From: Candidatus Taenariivivens baikalensis
Lineage (GTDB): Bacteria > Omnitrophota > Omnitrophia > Omnitrophales > Aquincolibacteriaceae
Direction of reading: 5' to 3'
DNA length: 64,000 bases
NCBI GenBank assembly: GCA_009691445.1
Contig: SICL01000004.1
Coordinates: 30,708-94,707 of the forward strand
Made by a program: the position numbers and the translations under genes. Positions 54,834 through 64,000 of the stretch are shown in pieces (the first letter of the stretch is position 1; every line of letters starts with the position of its first letter). The notes beneath the pieces were generated by a model. The model made no database searches, was not told the DNA's origin, and saw only the letters and a program-made list of their open reading frames with translations.

Positions 54834-56162
54834 TTAAAAGGGTGTGCTGGTTTTAACATAATAATTGGTTCCTTCATCTCCATGGGCCATTTCCAACGAC
54901 AGCAACACAACGTTTGCCAAACTCGTGCGAATCCCAACTCCATACGATTCACGCAAATTCTTTGATTTCAACTTGTCAAAATTTTTGAAGACCTGCCCTG
55001 AATCCAGAAATACCACGGCGTCCGTCTTCCAATCTCTGTATTCCCAAAGATTGTACCGATACTCTACATTGAAAACGACCATGCTGCGGTCTGTAAACCG
55101 GTTGTAGCGATAGGCCCGAAGGGTTTCGCTCATCTGGTCCGACATCCCGTAACCTCCAAGCCGCGCCATTTGATGAAAGGGCACAGAGTGTCCGTTTGTT
55201 TCAGAGTTATGTTCGCCGTAAGCACGAATCCCAAGTACGCGGCGCGGAGTGCCCAGCTTAAAATAATGACTGAGTTCCATTTCGTATTTGAAAAACTCGG
55301 CATTGGAACTGTAAAGACCCTGGTTATAGCTGAAGCCAAACTTTTGAAGACCGCCGGTTGTGGAATTTCCAGCCTGATCACGGGTATCACGCTTCGCCTC
55401 AGTTTTATAAACTAAAAGTTCATCCCCGTGAAGCCCGGGAATGCCGGCGCTGCCATTGAAAATACCACTGTTATAACGGCCCATCGATCCATCACGACCA
55501 TCCGCGATGTGTACATTGCGGTAGCCAAATTTAAAATCCAGGGAATGCGCCACGTCCGGCTTGTACCCAAGAAGATATTGAAGATTGGTTTCTTCCCGTT
55601 TGTACACATAACCATCTCCCCGGCTGGAATGGGGACCGATGCCATAGAAATGTTCCTGGGGATGGGTTTCATATTGAAAATACCCCTGAGTCCGGAATCC
55701 GGTTCCGCCGATGCGCTCTACGCCAAGACGCGATCCAACGTTAAAATTATAATGGGACGCAAAATGGATCCAGCTATCCGCCACCAAATCCGGAAAACGT
55801 TCCTTCTGATGAAGGGCCCTGACAAAATCAACTTCAGCGCCTATATCCAGACGCGCCAAGCTAATCAAATTGAGTTTTGGTGTCAGACCTTTTTTGCCTA
55901 GCGTGTCATACACCCACTGGATCTTTTCCATCACGTGGTGTTTTTCCATATAGACCAAGCTCTTATCCACGGGGTAACGCAGGATTTCAAAGGGATATTC
56001 CGGAAAATGCAGCAGACTTCGTTCAAACAGAGTGGCCTGTTTAGGTTCGCTCTGAAGCGGAGCATATTTATCGTAAGAACTATCCTGGGCAAACAACGGG
56101 GGCGAAGCAAGAAGCAACACGGCTGTAAAACGGATGATGGATAAGAATGATTTTTGTTTCAT
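54834..56162 (-). CDS. Omp85 (BamA/TamA-family) beta-barrel without evident POTRA domains
   Basis: Signal peptide MKQKSFLSIIRF..LFA-Q, loop-6-like LGG..LRAYRYNRF, FLDSGQV, C-terminal Phe. Confidence 0.85.
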   Translation of the reverse strand: MKQKSFLSIIRFTAVLLLASPPLFAQDSSYDKYAPLQSEPKQATLFERSLLHFPEYPFEILRYPVDKSLVYMEKHHVMEKIQWVYDTLGKKGLTPKLNLISLARLDIGAEVDFVRALHQKERFPDLVADSWIHFASHYNFNVGSRLGVERIGGTGFRTQGYFQYETHPQEHFYGIGPHSSRGDGYVYKREETNLQYLLGYKPDVAHSLDFKFGYRNVHIADGRDGSMGRYNSGIFNGSAGIPGLHGDELLVYKTEAKRDTRDQAGNSTTGGLQKFGFSYNQGLYSSNAEFFKYEMELSHYFKLGTPRRVLGIRAYGEHNSETNGHSVPFHQMARLGGYGMSDQMSETLRAYRYNRFTDRSMVVFNVEYRYNLWEYRDWKTDAVVFLDSGQVFKNFDKLKSKNLRESYGVGIRTSLANVVLLSLEMAHGDEGTNYYVKTSTPF

Positions 56163-56292
56163 AGGGTAATAAAGTGTTTCTCGAAAAATATTTATCGGCT
56201 CCCGAGGATTTTCCTTAAGATTTATTTTTGATTCTTCAACTGCCGGACGCAGAAACAACTGGTGGGGCCAGGGCCAGCCGGACTTGGCCTCT

Positions 56293-56718
56293 TTAGTCGT
56301 TATCCGCCGGAAGGGTAAAGGCTTGAGGAATATGCCTGATTTCCGGAGCTCCCCGCCCGACAGATGACAGGCCGGCGTCTAGTGACCCGCTCACGGCAAT
56401 CACATCAAAGCCCGCGGGTTGGGAAGCAAAGCTCGGATGCGTTTTTAAATACCACTGCGCCAGCCGAATCAGCTTCTTTTGCTTGGCCGCGTGAACCGAT
56501 TCTTCGGGCCGTCCGAAGTGATCATTCGACCGTGTCTTAATTTCAACGAAGATAATCCGTCCATCCTTTTGAACAATCAAATCAATTTCACCGATTGTGC
56601 ACCGATAGTTTTTCTCCAAGATCTTGTAGCCTTGCTTCTTTAGATAACTGCAGGCTGCCGCCTCACCGCGGTCTCCGAGCGTATAACGAAAAGGTTTAGA
56701 GCTGGGTTTAAGCTTCAC
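56293..56718 (-). CDS. yraN: YraN family (UPF0102) PD-(D/E)xK protein
   Basis: GEAAA..YL, NYRC..GEIDLI, FVEIKTR. Confidence 0.93.
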   Translation of the reverse strand: MKLKPSSKPFRYTLGDRGEAAACSYLKKQGYKILEKNYRCTIGEIDLIVQKDGRIIFVEIKTRSNDHFGRPEESVHAAKQKKLIRLAQWYLKTHPSFASQPAGFDVIAVSGSLDAGLSSVGRGAPEIRHIPQAFTLPADND

Positions 56719-57335
56719 CGCAGCGTCTCTTGAAAAAAGGCCCGGACCGGCGCAAAACTTCTACGATGAGCTTGGCTTGGTCCCAAAACCTTTAAGCTTG
56801 CCAAATGTTCTGGGGTTGGATAACCTTTATGTTTAGCAAACCCATACCCAGGATAAACCTGATCGAGACGTTCCATCCACTCATCACGAAACACCTTGGC
56901 TATAATCGAAGCCGCCGCAATGGAAGCCGACTTCGTATCCCCCTTCACAATGGCCTTTTGGGTCAGCGAAATATCAAGTTGCATATTGCCATCAATGAGC
57001 ACCAGATCGGGAATCTGATTCAGGGAAAGCAGGGCTTTTTTCATCGCGACTCGTGTCGCCTGATAAATATTGATCTGATCAATCATGGTTTCATCCACCA
57101 TGCCGATCCCCACAAAACTGCAGCGAATGATTTGGTGAAAAAGTTTCTGCCGCATCTTGGGCGATAATTGTTTGGAATCCTGCACAGGAAGGCGAGGTGC
57201 TTGAGGAAAAAAAATTACAGCCGCTGCCACCACGGGCCCCGCCAAAGGGCCGCGGCCAACCTCATCCACCCCCGCAATTAAAGAGTGAGAGGCCGGCAAA
57301 TGGCTACTATCAAAATCATGCAAGGGGTTAGACAT
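56715..57335 (-). CDS. rnhB: ribonuclease HII
   Basis: GVDEVGRGPLAGPV, DSK, KGD, SIAAASIIAK; alternative start 57368 comes from a repeat end. Confidence 0.97.
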   Translation of the reverse strand: MSNPLHDFDSSHLPASHSLIAGVDEVGRGPLAGPVVAAAVIFFPQAPRLPVQDSKQLSPKMRQKLFHQIIRCSFVGIGMVDETMIDQINIYQATRVAMKKALLSLNQIPDLVLIDGNMQLDISLTQKAIVKGDTKSASIAAASIIAKVFRDEWMERLDQVYPGYGFAKHKGYPTPEHLASLKVLGPSQAHRRSFAPVRAFFQETLR

Positions 57336-57363
57336 TTCAGGGACAGACCTCGTTGACGCTTGT

Positions 57364-57449
57364 GTCATTCCTGAACCCTTCGATTGTCATTCATCCGTCA
57401 GCCAGGGATCCGTCCTTCTCGGCGGAGGCTAGAAACACCTCAGAATGAC
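57364..57449. repeat. composite GTCATTC...GAATGAC element with nested insert
   Basis: GTCATTC at 57364 and 57386, nested TCCGTCAG..GATCCGTCC..GGCGGA, GAATGAC end. Confidence 0.7.
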
Positions 57450-57489
57450 ATTCGTGGCCTAGAAAACACCCTTGTGCCCCGGCACTTCT

Positions 57490-57816
57490 TTACAGGATGA
57501 CTTTTTTCTTTCTCAAATAATAAAGCCGGGCGCGGCGGACCTTTCCCTTACGAACAATCTGAATCTTTTCGATGGTGGGAGAATAAAGGGGGAAAATCTT
57601 CTCAACCATGTCTCCGTGGGTTTCCTTAATCACGGAAAAAGTTTTTCCAGCGCCCTCTCCACGCTTGCGAAGGCACACGCCTTCAAAAACCTGGACGCGG
57701 GTTTTATCGCCTTCTTTGACTTTCAAATGAACCTTGAGCGTATCGCCCACCTGGAAATCTGCGACTTGTTTTTTCTGAAGTTCCTGATCAATCACTTGAA
57801 TCGCTTTAACTCTCAC
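57490..57816 (-). CDS. rplS: 50S ribosomal protein L19
   Basis: [19 protein letters not shown]. Confidence 0.98.
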   Translation of the reverse strand: MRVKAIQVIDQELQKKQVADFQVGDTLKVHLKVKEGDKTRVQVFEGVCLRKRGEGAGKTFSVIKETHGDMVEKIFPLYSPTIEKIQIVRKGKVRRARLYYLRKKKVIL

Positions 57817-57848
57817 GGTGCACTCCTCTTTTTATTCAGTTTATATTA

Positions 57849-58523
57849 CTATTTCTTTAAGTCCGGTCGCTTTTTGATCGTCGCTTGCCTTGAAGCTTGT
57901 GCCCGCCATTTGGAAATCTTTTCGTGATGCCCGGAAAGCAGCACCTCCGGCACTAAAAATCCACGAAAATCCTGCGGCTTCGTGTACTGGGGATACTCGA
58001 GACCTTCTGTCTCAAAGCTCTCTTCCACAAGCGACTGTTCATTGCCCAAAACACCCGGAACCAGCCTTGATATCGCTTCCACCACACAGAGCGCCGGGGC
58101 TTCGCCTCCCATGGTGATAAAATCACCCACGGAAATTAACTGATCCGCCAAATGCCCGTGCACCCGGTGATCCACCCCTTCGTAATGCCCCGCAATTAAA
58201 ATTATTTGCGACTTCTTGGCTAGGGAACGAGCCATTTTCTGGGTGAAGGGTTCTCCCGTGGGATCCATCACAATCACCCATCCGCCTTTTTTGCGGATCT
58301 TCTCCACGCATTCAAAGATCGGCTCAGGTTTCATCACCATCCCGGGACCACCACCAAACGGCTTGTCATCCACGGTTTTGTGGCGATCGTGAGTATAGTC
58401 CCGAAGATTATGCGTCCGGATCTGAATCAGGCCTTTTTTCTGCGCCTTACCCAAAATTGATTCGCGAAGTGGCCCGTCAAAAAATGACGGAAAAATCGTC
58501 ACCAGATCAATTTCAAGAGACAT
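57849..58523 (-). CDS. trmD: tRNA (guanine37-N1)-methyltransferase
   Basis: VDDKPFGGGPGMVM, GHYEGVD, SVGDFITMGGE. Confidence 0.98.
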   Translation of the reverse strand: MSLEIDLVTIFPSFFDGPLRESILGKAQKKGLIQIRTHNLRDYTHDRHKTVDDKPFGGGPGMVMKPEPIFECVEKIRKKGGWVIVMDPTGEPFTQKMARSLAKKSQIILIAGHYEGVDHRVHGHLADQLISVGDFITMGGEAPALCVVEAISRLVPGVLGNEQSLVEESFETEGLEYPQYTKPQDFRGFLVPEVLLSGHHEKISKWRAQASRQATIKKRPDLKK

Positions 58524-58540
58524 AAGTTTTTAGAGGATTT

Positions 58541-58682
58541 GTCATTCCCGCGCCACCGCCTATGACGGGGTCCCGTCCGAAGGCGGGAAAAGCGGGAATC
58601 CAGGCTGTTAAAAACTGGATCCCCAATAAAAAATTTTCGCCAGCGAACGAATCCGTCCATTTTTGGGCGAATTGGGGATGAC
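58541..58682. repeat. GTCATTCCCG...GGGGATGAC element with two nested inserts
   Basis: GTCATTCCCGC[insert]GCGGGAATCCAG..CTGGATCCCCAAT[insert]ATTGGGGATGAC. Confidence 0.85.
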
Positions 58683-58683
58683 A

Positions 58684-58703
58684 TCCCGGAAAAATTTCCG
58701 GGA
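58684..58703. other. perfect hairpin just after the rpsP stop
   Basis: TCCCGGAAA-AA-TTTCCGGGA. Confidence 0.5.
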
Positions 58704-58709
58704 GCCCTG

Positions 58710-58961
58710 TCACTTTTTAGCTTTCTTATTACTGCGCTTGATCAACGTTTTAATGGTGTCCGATGCTTGAGCGCCCTGACTTAACCAGTACTCCAAACGA
58801 TCTTGCTTCACCACAAATTTCTCGTCCTTGGGAAGCGGGTCATAATAACCGATCTCTTCAATAAACCGACCATCCCGGGGCATTTTGGCTTCACTCACCA
58901 CAATGCGCCAAAAGCTGCGGTTATTCGTGCCGCAACGTTTCATGCGAATTTTAACTGCCAA
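58710..58961 (-). CDS. rpsP: 30S ribosomal protein S16
   Basis: PRDGRFIEEIGYYDP, WLSQGAQ. Confidence 0.98.
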   Translation of the reverse strand: MAVKIRMKRCGTNNRSFWRIVVSEAKMPRDGRFIEEIGYYDPLPKDEKFVVKQDRLEYWLSQGAQASDTIKTLIKRSNKKAKK

Positions 58962-58979
58962 TGGATCCTCCTTTTAAAT

Positions 58980-59056
58980 AGCTTTCAGCTATCAGTCTTC
59001 AGCTATCAGCAAGGTTGACTGAAAGCTGTTAGCTGACGGCTGAAAGCTGTTAGCTG
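58980..59056. repeat. 7-nt-periodic inverted repeat (TCAG/CTGA type), murA-rpsP spacer
   Basis: AGCTTTC AGCTATC AGTCTTC AGCTATC AGC / ACT GAAAGCT GTTAGCT GACGGCT GAAAGCT GTTAGCT. Confidence 0.9.
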
Positions 59057-59058
59057 CC

Positions 59059-60324
59059 TTACTCTTTCGCTCTTTGGATTTTTGCTCCTAGAGCGGTTAA
59101 CTTCTCTTCGATTTTTTCATATCCGCGGTCTAAATGATAGACGCGGTGTACTTCGGTTTCGCCGTCAGCCACAAGACCTGCGATCACAAGCGCTGCGCTT
59201 GCTCTGAGATCGGAGGCCATCACCGGCGCTCCGCTTAAACGCTTAACGCCATGAATAATGGCGCTAGGCCCTTCCAGGAAAATTTTTGATCCCATCCGGT
59301 TCAGCTCACTCACATGCATGAAACGGTCCGGATAAATTTTTTCCGTAATCACACTGATGCCCGGCGTAATCGCCATGAGCGCCATCATTTGCGCTTGAAG
59401 ATCCGTCGGAAAGCCCGGATAAGGAAGCGTCGTCACATCCACCGACTTTAACCTGCCGGTTCTCCGGACATGCATCGCATTTTTCTTTTCTGAAATCCGG
59501 ACACCTGCCTGAAGCAGCTTATCCATCACGACATGATGATGCTGCGCTTCCACATTACGAATCATCACATCTCCGCCGGTCATGGCTGCAGCCATCATAA
59601 AGGTCTGCGCTTCGATCCGGTCGGGAATAATCCGGTATTTAACTCCGTGGAGTTTTTTCACTCCTTCGATTTCAATCCGGTGCGATCCTTCTCCGGAAAT
59701 TTTAGCGCCCATCTTCCTTAGAAAACGCGCTAAATCAACCACTTCCGGTTCGCTTGCTGCGCTCTCAATCGTTGTTCTTCCCTGAGCCAACACAGCAGCC
59801 ATCATAACATTGCCTGTAGCCAGCACGGAAGATCCAAACGATCCCCCTAGATAAATATTTCCGCCACGCAAATTTTTCTTAGCCTTGGCATGAACATATC
59901 CATGAACCGTATCAATCTCAGCTCCAAGGGCCTTAAAACCTTTCAAATGCAAATCGATCGGACGCGGGCCAATCACGCAGCCGCCGGGTAAAGAGACTTC
60001 CGCGCGGCCCGTCCGTGCTAAAAGCGGCCCAAGCACGCAGACCGAAGCACGCATTGTGCTGACCAACTTATACGGAGCCACCGGATTCAGACCCTTGCCT
60101 GCCCGAATCAAGACCGAACCATCTTGATAAAGCGCCTTGGCTCCCAAAGACCGAAGGAGCTTGATCATCGTGTGGACATCACGGAGATCCGGAACGCCTT
60201 CGATCACGGTTTCATCTTCGGTCAGAAGAGAGGCCGCCATAATCGGAAGCGCAGAATTTTTTGCTCCCGACACATTGACTTCTCCCCGAAGTCTGCATCC
60301 GCCCTGAATGATGATTTTTTCCAT
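59059..60324 (-). CDS. murA: UDP-N-acetylglucosamine 1-carboxyvinyltransferase
   Basis: SGAKNS, MRAS, LPGGCVIGPRPIDLH, YPGFPTDLQ. Confidence 0.99.
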   Translation of the reverse strand: MEKIIIQGGCRLRGEVNVSGAKNSALPIMAASLLTEDETVIEGVPDLRDVHTMIKLLRSLGAKALYQDGSVLIRAGKGLNPVAPYKLVSTMRASVCVLGPLLARTGRAEVSLPGGCVIGPRPIDLHLKGFKALGAEIDTVHGYVHAKAKKNLRGGNIYLGGSFGSSVLATGNVMMAAVLAQGRTTIESAASEPEVVDLARFLRKMGAKISGEGSHRIEIEGVKKLHGVKYRIIPDRIEAQTFMMAAAMTGGDVMIRNVEAQHHHVVMDKLLQAGVRISEKKNAMHVRRTGRLKSVDVTTLPYPGFPTDLQAQMMALMAITPGISVITEKIYPDRFMHVSELNRMGSKIFLEGPSAIIHGVKRLSGAPVMASDLRASAALVIAGLVADGETEVHRVYHLDRGYEKIEEKLTALGAKIQRAKE

Positions 60325-60327
60325 ATC

Positions 60328-61206
60328 TTATTTCTTTTGAGCGGCGATGACGCGATCCACGCCCAAATAATCTTTCGTGATCTCAATCTCTTGATACAAA
60401 CCGCTTAATTCCAGGGTTTTCCGGATCGCCTGGGACTGATGAATTCCCATTTCCATCACAAGCCATCCGCCCGCGTTCAAGCGATCGGCGCTGTCCGCAA
60501 TCAACCGCCGGTAAAAATCCAAGCCGTCGCTTCCGCCGTAAAGTGCTTCACGCGGTTCATAACGAAGTTCAGGTTCCATCTGCTCCAGATCCGCGGCAGA
60601 TAAGTAAGGAGGATTGGAAACGACCAGATCCCACTTTTGATCGGAGACCAAGTCCTGAAATAAATCAGACCGCAAGAGCGTTGCGCGGTCTTCGAGTCCA
60701 TGCTGCCGGATATTTTTCCCGGCAAACTCCAGAGCTTCCAAAGATAAATCCACCAGGGTTGCCTGGACTCTGGAATCATTTTTTAAAAGAGCAATCGCAA
60801 TCGCGCCGGATCCTGTTCCCAGATCCAAGAACGAAACTGGCCGCGGCAGAGTTTTTATTTTCTCACCGGCGACCTGGACAAGAATTTCTGTCTCGGGCCG
60901 CGGCACCAAACATCCGGGACCCATGGCCAATTTTTCATTCCAAAAAAAACTTTCCCCTAAAATATACGCGAGGGGTTCGCGAAGAATGCATCGTTCGACC
61001 CATCCCCGGAAAAGCGCTTCCTGATCCGGTGAAACCGGCAGGTGCTTCTGGAGATAAACGTCGCTCCGGCTTAAACCCAGCAAATGCTCAAGCATCCACT
61101 CGCAGGACGCCTGAGCCTCAAGATCACCCAAGGGAGTAAGTTTCTCTTTCCCCCATTGAAAAAGATCCTGCACCTTCGGCAAGGGAATGGGAGGGGAAAA
61201 CGTCAA
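60328..61206 (-). CDS. prmC: release factor glutamine methyltransferase
   Basis: [20 protein letters not shown]. Confidence 0.97.
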   Translation of the reverse strand: MTFSPPIPLPKVQDLFQWGKEKLTPLGDLEAQASCEWMLEHLLGLSRSDVYLQKHLPVSPDQEALFRGWVERCILREPLAYILGESFFWNEKLAMGPGCLVPRPETEILVQVAGEKIKTLPRPVSFLDLGTGSGAIAIALLKNDSRVQATLVDLSLEALEFAGKNIRQHGLEDRATLLRSDLFQDLVSDQKWDLVVSNPPYLSAADLEQMEPELRYEPREALYGGSDGLDFYRRLIADSADRLNAGGWLVMEMGIHQSQAIRKTLELSGLYQEIEITKDYLGVDRVIAAQKK

Positions 61207-62279
61207 AGGATTTCCTCTTTCAGCCTGCGCTGCTTCTCATCGTAAGCCAGGGCCGCAACAAGTTCGTCCAAATGGCCGTCTAAAATATCATTCAGGCTGT
61301 GTAAAGTCAAACCGATTCGATGATCCGTAACCCGTTGATCTGGAAAGTTATAGGTGCGAATTTTCCCGGAACGATCGCCGCTTCCGATTTGGTCTTTTCG
61401 CTTTTTGGCCATTTCGTCGTGCTGCTGCTGCTGTTTGGCATCAAAAAGCCGGGCCCGGAGCACCCTCATGGCCTTTTCCTTATTCTTATGCTGAGAACGC
61501 TCATCCTGGCAGGACACAACCACGCCCGTCGGCATATGGGTAATACGGACCGCAGATTCGGTCTTGTTCACATGCTGACCCCCAGCGCCCGAGGCCCGGA
61601 ACACATCGATCCTTAAATCCACAGGATTGATAATGATCTCTGTCTCGGTAGCTTCAGGCAGCACAGCCACTGTGACCGCAGAGGTATGAACCCTCCCGCT
61701 GGCTTCGGTCGCGGGCACACGCTGAACCCGGTGGATCCCCATTTCATATTTCAACTTGCCATAAGCATCATCCCCGCTGACCCCGAAAATGATTTCCTTA
61801 AATCCGCCGATTCCGGTCGGATTGGAGTCCATCACTTCAGTCACGAGCCGGTGATCCACGGCAAACCGCGAGTACATCCGGAAAAGATCTGCGGCAAAAA
61901 GCGCGGCTTCATTTCCGCCTGTCCCCGCCCTGATTTCCATAATCACATCGCGGGACTGGTTCGGATCATCGCCTTTTAAAAGCAGGTCTTCAATTTTGGT
62001 AACGATTTCCTGCCTTGTTTGAGAAAGAACGCGCTGCTCATCCTGATAAAGAGACTTCATCTCTGTATCCAGGCCCTTATCCAACAATGCATCGGTCACC
62101 GTTTTAAGCTCCCGGTCAATTTTGAGAAAATCCTCGTAGGCAATGACCACCGGTCTTAAACCCGCCAGCTCTTTGGAGAGCTTTTGGTACTGAGACTGCG
62201 CCACCGATGGATCGGAAAGCTGCTGTTCCAGTTCCTTGGAACGCGCAAAAATCTTCTCGAGTTTCGGAAGTAAAATCAT
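61203..62279 (-). CDS. prfA: peptide chain release factor 1
   Basis: HRVQRVPAT (PxT), GAGGQHVN. Confidence 0.99.
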   Translation of the reverse strand: MILLPKLEKIFARSKELEQQLSDPSVAQSQYQKLSKELAGLRPVVIAYEDFLKIDRELKTVTDALLDKGLDTEMKSLYQDEQRVLSQTRQEIVTKIEDLLLKGDDPNQSRDVIMEIRAGTGGNEAALFAADLFRMYSRFAVDHRLVTEVMDSNPTGIGGFKEIIFGVSGDDAYGKLKYEMGIHRVQRVPATEASGRVHTSAVTVAVLPEATETEIIINPVDLRIDVFRASGAGGQHVNKTESAVRITHMPTGVVVSCQDERSQHKNKEKAMRVLRARLFDAKQQQQHDEMAKKRKDQIGSGDRSGKIRTYNFPDQRVTDHRIGLTLHSLNDILDGHLDELVAALAYDEKQRRLKEEIL

Positions 62280-62593
62280 GGATTCTGGATAGCGGCTTTA
62301 TCCTTGGCAGCCTGAAGCTTCTCTCGAATCGAAAGCTTTGCGCCAAATGCTTGCTCAGGCGCCTTGGGTTTTTTAACCGGAGCAGGAGCCGCGCCTGAAA
62401 CGAACTTTTTATTGAAACGGTCGATACGGCCTGCAATATCCATCACTTTCTGTTTTCCCGTAAAAAACGGGTGACAACTGGAGCAGACGTCGACCCTAAT
62501 GGATCCCTTAATCGTGCTTTGTGTCTGAAAAGAATTTCCGCAGGCGCACTGCAGCGTAACGGGTCCATATTCTGGGTGAATTTCTGTTTTCAT
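62276..62593 (-). CDS. rpmE: 50S ribosomal protein L31 (Zn type, C-terminal extension)
   Basis: [24 protein letters not shown]; start ATG 62593. Confidence 0.96.
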   Translation of the reverse strand: MKTEIHPEYGPVTLQCACGNSFQTQSTIKGSIRVDVCSSCHPFFTGKQKVMDIAGRIDRFNKKFVSGAAPAPVKKPKAPEQAFGAKLSIREKLQAAKDKAAIQNP

Positions 62594-62618
62594 AAAACTC
62601 CCTTTCTTGATTAAGTTA

Positions 62619-62687
62619 AAATCCCAAAAACCAAACAACAAATTATTGGCATTTTGGATTTGGCGCTTGGAATTCTCTTTGGAATTT
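62619..62687. repeat. 7-nt-periodic inverted repeat (CCAA/TTGG type), rho-rpmE spacer
   Basis: AAATCCC AAAAACC AAACAAC AAAT / GGCATTT TGGATTT GGCGCTT GGAATTC ..GGAATTT. Confidence 0.75.
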
Positions 62688-64000
62688 ATTTTTCTACTTT
62701 ATTTAAACTGAGCAAAAACTCAGCATTGGATTTTGTTTTGGCAAGCCGATCCACAAGAAGCTCCATAGCTTCCGCAGGATTCAACTCGTTTAATACTTTG
62801 CGAAGCACCCAAACCCGCGGCAGTTCATCCTTGTGCATCAGAAGATCTTCCTTACGGGTGTTCGATTTCTTCACATCAATCGCTGGATAGATGCGTTTCT
62901 GAAAAAGGTTACGGTCCAGCTGCAATTCCATATTGCCCGTGCCTTTAAATTCTTCAAAAATAACCTCGTCCATGCGCGAACCGGTATCGACGAGCGCCGT
63001 CGCGACAATGGTCAAACTTCCACCTTCCTCAATATTTCGCGCGGCCCCAAAAAATCGCTTTGGGCGATGAAGCGCATTGGAATCCACACCGCCGGAGAGA
63101 ATTTTTCCGGAATGCGGAACCACGGTATTATAAGCGCGCGCAAGACGCGTAATACTGTCGAGCAGAATCACGACATCGCGTTTGTGCTCCACAAGCCGTT
63201 TCGCCTTCTCAAGCACAATTTCCGCCACCTGAACATGCCGCTCAGCGGGTTCGTCAAACGTTGATGCGATCACCTCGGCTTTGACCGACCGCTGCATATC
63301 CGTCACTTCTTCCGGACGTTCATCAATCAGCAGAATAATCAGATAAGCGTCCGGATGATTAGTGGTAATGCTGTTGGCGATTTTTTGCAGCAAAATCGTT
63401 TTACCGCTGTATGGCGGCGCAACAATTAAACCGCGCTGGCCAAATCCGATGGGCGTCAGAAGATCCATAACCCTCATCGAGACTTCACTCGGAGAAGTTT
63501 CAAGAATAATCCTTCCGTTCGGATAAAGAGGCGTCAGATTATCAAAGGGGATCTTGTCTTTACTCTTCTCCGGATCTTCAAAATTGACCAGCTCCACTTT
63601 CAGAAGAGCAAAATACCGTTCGCCTTCTTTCGGCGGCCGAATCTGCCCGCTCACGCTGTCGCCGGTGCGCAGGTTGAATCGGCGAATCTGGCTCGGCGAG
63701 ACATAAATATCGTCCGGCGAAGGCAGGTAATTATAATTGGGCGAACGTAAAAACCCAAAACCGTCTTCAAGAATTTCAAGAACGCCTTCCCCGAACATCA
63801 CATCCGACTGGTCCGACGAAGCCGCCTGAGCTTGAAGGATTTTAAAAATCAAATCCTGTTTTTTGATACCCGTCGTGGGACCAATATTAAACTTACGACT
63901 CATGTCATGAAGTTCATTGATCTTGAGTTTTTTAAGGCTGATGGCATCTAGCGGTTTATGTCCAGACTTCGCCGCGGGGCCCGGCACAGAACCTCGGTTA
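62686..64000 (-). CDS. rho: transcription termination factor Rho (5' end probably outside window)
   Basis: [36 protein letters not shown]. Confidence 0.98.
   Translation of the reverse strand, partial: NRGSVPGPAAKSGHKPLDAISLKKLKINELHDMSRKFNIGPTTGIKKQDLIFKILQAQAASSDQSDVMFGEGVLEILEDGFGFLRSPNYNYLPSPDDIYVSPSQIRRFNLRTGDSVSGQIRPPKEGERYFALLKVELVNFEDPEKSKDKIPFDNLTPLYPNGRIILETSPSEVSMRVMDLLTPIGFGQRGLIVAPPYSGKTILLQKIANSITTNHPDAYLIILLIDERPEEVTDMQRSVKAEVIASTFDEPAERHVQVAEIVLEKAKRLVEHKRDVVILLDSITRLARAYNTVVPHSGKILSGGVDSNALHRPKRFFGAARNIEEGGSLTIVATALVDTGSRMDEVIFEEFKGTGNMELQLDRNLFQKRIYPAIDVKKSNTRKEDLLMHKDELPRVWVLRKVLNELNPAEAMELLVDRLAKTKSNAEFLLSLNKVEK

Noticed and set aside
58499-58713. Small ORFs between rpsP and trmD as KhpA/RimM remnants
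   Set aside because: The sequence is explained by nested palindromes; no KH or RimM motifs.
38561-62641. N-terminal extensions of atpC (38561), nuoM (41618), nuoN (43048), sufT (50412), rnhB (57368) and rpmE (62641) in the ORF track
   Set aside because: They read through repeats or neighbouring genes; downstream ATGs fit family lengths or SD placement better.

Overview
Core-chromosome window of a bacterium that most resembles the PVC superphylum, possibly Ca. Omnitrophota. This is inferred from the EF-Tu switch-I variant [17 protein letters not shown], Rpo[14 protein letters not shown] and gene order. Positions 1-29.4 kb are one minus-strand translation/transcription supercluster: tRNA-Thr-tuf-rpmG-tRNA-Trp-secE-nusG-rplKAJL-rpoBC-rpsLG-fusA-S10-spc-adk-map-infA-rpmJ-rpsMK, with no rpmD. 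Next come a delta-9-type desaturase, tRNA-Gly, gpmA and an F1Fo ATP synthase operon that runs with no gap into nuoJKLMN only. These are followed by a CHASE/PAS/GAF hybrid-kinase locus, sufT, a FadL-type porin, a stand-alone MshEN protein, a JAB peptidase and an Omp85 barrel paired with an exported kinase-like protein. The window ends with minus-strand rho(partial)-rpmE-prfA-prmC-murA-rpsP-trmD-rplS-rnhB-yraN. No rRNA, CRISPR, transposase or phage genes were seen. The most striking unexplained signal is non-coding. (i) At least 9 inverted repeats are built from degenerate 7-, 8- or 9-nt tandem units, 8 of them at gene junctions of highly expressed operons. (ii) About 10 GTCAT...ATGAC palindromic (REP/RPE-like) elements occur; some carry nested inserts, and one is retained in frame inside the ATP synthase gamma gene.
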